Assembly: GCA_030704615.1 (NCBI GenBank)
Contig: JAKLZA010000372.1
Coordinates: 1 to 9,677 of the forward strand
DNA: 9,677 nt
DNA from: Takakia lepidozioides
Taxonomy: Eukaryota > Plantae > Bryophyta
Direction of reading: 5' to 3'
Shown here in pieces: positions 8,110-9,677 of the stretch. The position numbers and the translations under genes were made by a program. The notes under the pieces are model-generated. The model saw only the letters and a list, made by a program, of their open reading frames with translations, did no database searches and was not told the origin of the DNA. Numbering within the stretch: the stretch's first letter is position 1; each line of letters begins with the position of its first letter.

Positions 8110-8420
8110 CAGTCATGGAATACCCTGGCCGGGTTTCAGCCACGGACGTCCCAATAATAAGGAGTAAGCCTCCATGACTTCATCCATTTTTAATACAGTT
8201 ACTGTGATCATAAAGATCATTTTTTCTTTATCTGTATCTTAACTCCTCTTATTAATCCCAATGGCTGTACACTTCTTTGATCTGCCATTGTTACTGTAAA
8301 TGGGGCTGTTTCATGTTACTTAGACCAAGCTCTTCCTTAATTGGTCTGTCATGATATTTACTCCAGAACCACCATCTATCTACACTCAGTTAGTTCTGTC
8401 TTCAATTCTCAATTGGATTA
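8110..8420 (-). pseudogene. Retropepsin-like aspartic protease (frameshifted)
   Basis: IDGGSGVNIMTDQL (catalytic D at 8374-8376), PFTVTMADQR, and AYSLLLGRPWLK (~8135-8170). Confidence 0.9.
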
Positions 8421-8549
8421 CTGGCATAGAATCAATCAAAGTCCATGACTGGTTCTCGCCCTTCCGGCTTCACATTATAACTGGATCACCTTGCTGTTCA
8501 GGTCTGTGTTTCCTGTCTCTTGGGCAATTCCTTGATTGCTGATACAGCC

Positions 8550-9677
8550 TGTGCCTACAATAAGGTGCCACAGCTAATAGCTGTCCAATGGTAATTTTCT
8601 GCTTTGCTGACATATTACTTCAGCCAAAGTCTCTTCATACTTTGCATGTCTGCATCTTCTTTTTTCTTTCTTCCTCACTCCCCTCTTTTTCTCCCGATCC
8701 GATCAGAGAACTGCCACAGGAATAATCCGTACTCTTTTGCATTTCCCTTATATATCTGCCACTTCTTGTGCAGTTCCTTCCGCACTCTTTCCCAGTCTCT
8801 TTCATCTTCAGGCATATCATTGCCACTCTCCGTCATCATCTTCTGCCTCTCTACTGAGGTTAGTTTGGCTTTTACTTCTTGTTACTATCATTTACTTACT
8901 TCTGGTACAACACATGGCCTAACCATGTGAGCTGCCACCACTGGGCCCTCATTCACAGGAGCTCTCATCTCATTCTGGTGTCTATCCAGAATGAACAGGC
9001 TGCCTTGCGATGTTCTGGCTGATTACAATAGACATAGCTCTTCACCATTGGGTCCTCGCCCTTGGTCTGTTCTTGGATTTATTTCTATAATCCTGATTCC
9101 CGGCTGGTAATTCATCCCCCTTGGATTACACGATAGTTCCTCTGGAATTTCCTTGTAATTCCCTTCCCTCTGAATTACCTCTCCCTTCCATGCCATTGTT
9201 ATAACCACCAGACCTACTACCATAGTGGTCCTGATCATTGCTTCTTCTTGGCTGGGGCTGCACCTGATGCACCCTCACTTGCCTAGGTTCTCTGCAGCTG
9301 TCCTTCTGTTGTAGTAACAATTCTCAGTAGAAGGTTATCCATTTTACAGATAGTACGTGTTTCTCCTTCATGTGGCATCTTAGTGGGTATGGCCCTTCAT
9401 TCTGGCACTTTGCACACCATACACCACACCCTTCCTCCAATGTGTTGCAGCCTCGTGGCATACTTCTTCAAGATTTCTTCCAATCTTTTACATAGTTATC
9501 CCCGCTTCAACTGTTCCTTTCTCTTACTCTTATTTTTAGTTCTTGCTCTTCTTCTTCATCTGACTCATCTTCAAAGTCTCTCTTTCCTTTTTCTCTCTCC
9601 TGAGCATTCCCCAATTGCTCATCTTTTTGCAGTTTCAAATGCCTCCTCCACTGTATTATGGGGTAACATATCCACTT
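8550..9677 (-). pseudogene. gag: gag C-terminal half (capsid end, acidic stretch, nucleocapsid with three CCHC knuckles), 5'-truncated by the window
   Basis: PHNTVEEAFETAK, DFEDESDEEEEQ; degenerate knuckles at 9375-9416, 9317-9357 and 8995-9034; Gly/Arg-rich spacer; pre-protease motif ITIGQLLAVAPYCR (~8552-8596). Confidence 0.8.

Larger units (their letters stand above)
1..9677 (-). mobile_element. Ty3/Gypsy LTR retrotransposon (non-chromovirus, with extra 3' ORF), partial: 5' LTR/PBS and most of the 3' LTR lie outside the window
   Basis: Minus-strand domain order GAG(CCHC)-PR-RT-RH-INT is diagnostic of Ty3/Gypsy, and it is followed by an extra ORF, a PPT and a TG-start LTR candidate. Confidence 0.96.

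Noticed and set aside
8368-8376. Protease DGG instead of DTG/DSG as an inactivating change
   Set aside because: DGGS-type motifs are a known variant in plant non-chromovirus proteases.
14-8930. Plus-strand ORFs (e.g. 1183-1407, 2146-2525, 3606-3950, 6745-7494, 8604-8930)
   Set aside because: Short antisense shadows of minus-strand coding sequence with C/S/F/L-biased composition and no motifs.
2845-9677. Programmed ribosomal frameshifts
   Set aside because: The shifts are too numerous and fall inside catalytic domains; indel errors or decay explain them.

Overview
The whole window is the internal region and the start of the 3' LTR of one plant-type Ty3/Gypsy LTR retrotransposon on the minus strand. 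It is non-chromovirus and looks like a Phygy/Selgy/Athila-neighbouring lineage. Reading from 9677 to 1: a truncated gag with three degenerate CCHC zinc knuckles, aspartic protease, reverse transcriptase (FLDD), RNase H, integrase, a ~355-bp CTGTG-based 30-bp tandem array, a ~3.5-kb extra sense-strand ORF region, a polypurine tract (178-191) and a TG-starting 3' LTR (173 to beyond 1). gag-pol is broken by many 1-2 nt indels, which could be decay or long-read errors. The most interesting part is the extra ORF. It is probably a single ~1180-aa protein: an N-terminal domain resembling the Athila-ORF2/'plant transposon protein' type, a ~300-aa coiled coil, a Pro linker, an unrecognised ~245-aa aromatic/His/Cys-rich domain and an R/S/P tail. 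Its last 920 codons are intact and end 21 nt before the PPT. Domain calls come from motif recognition by eye; no database search was run.
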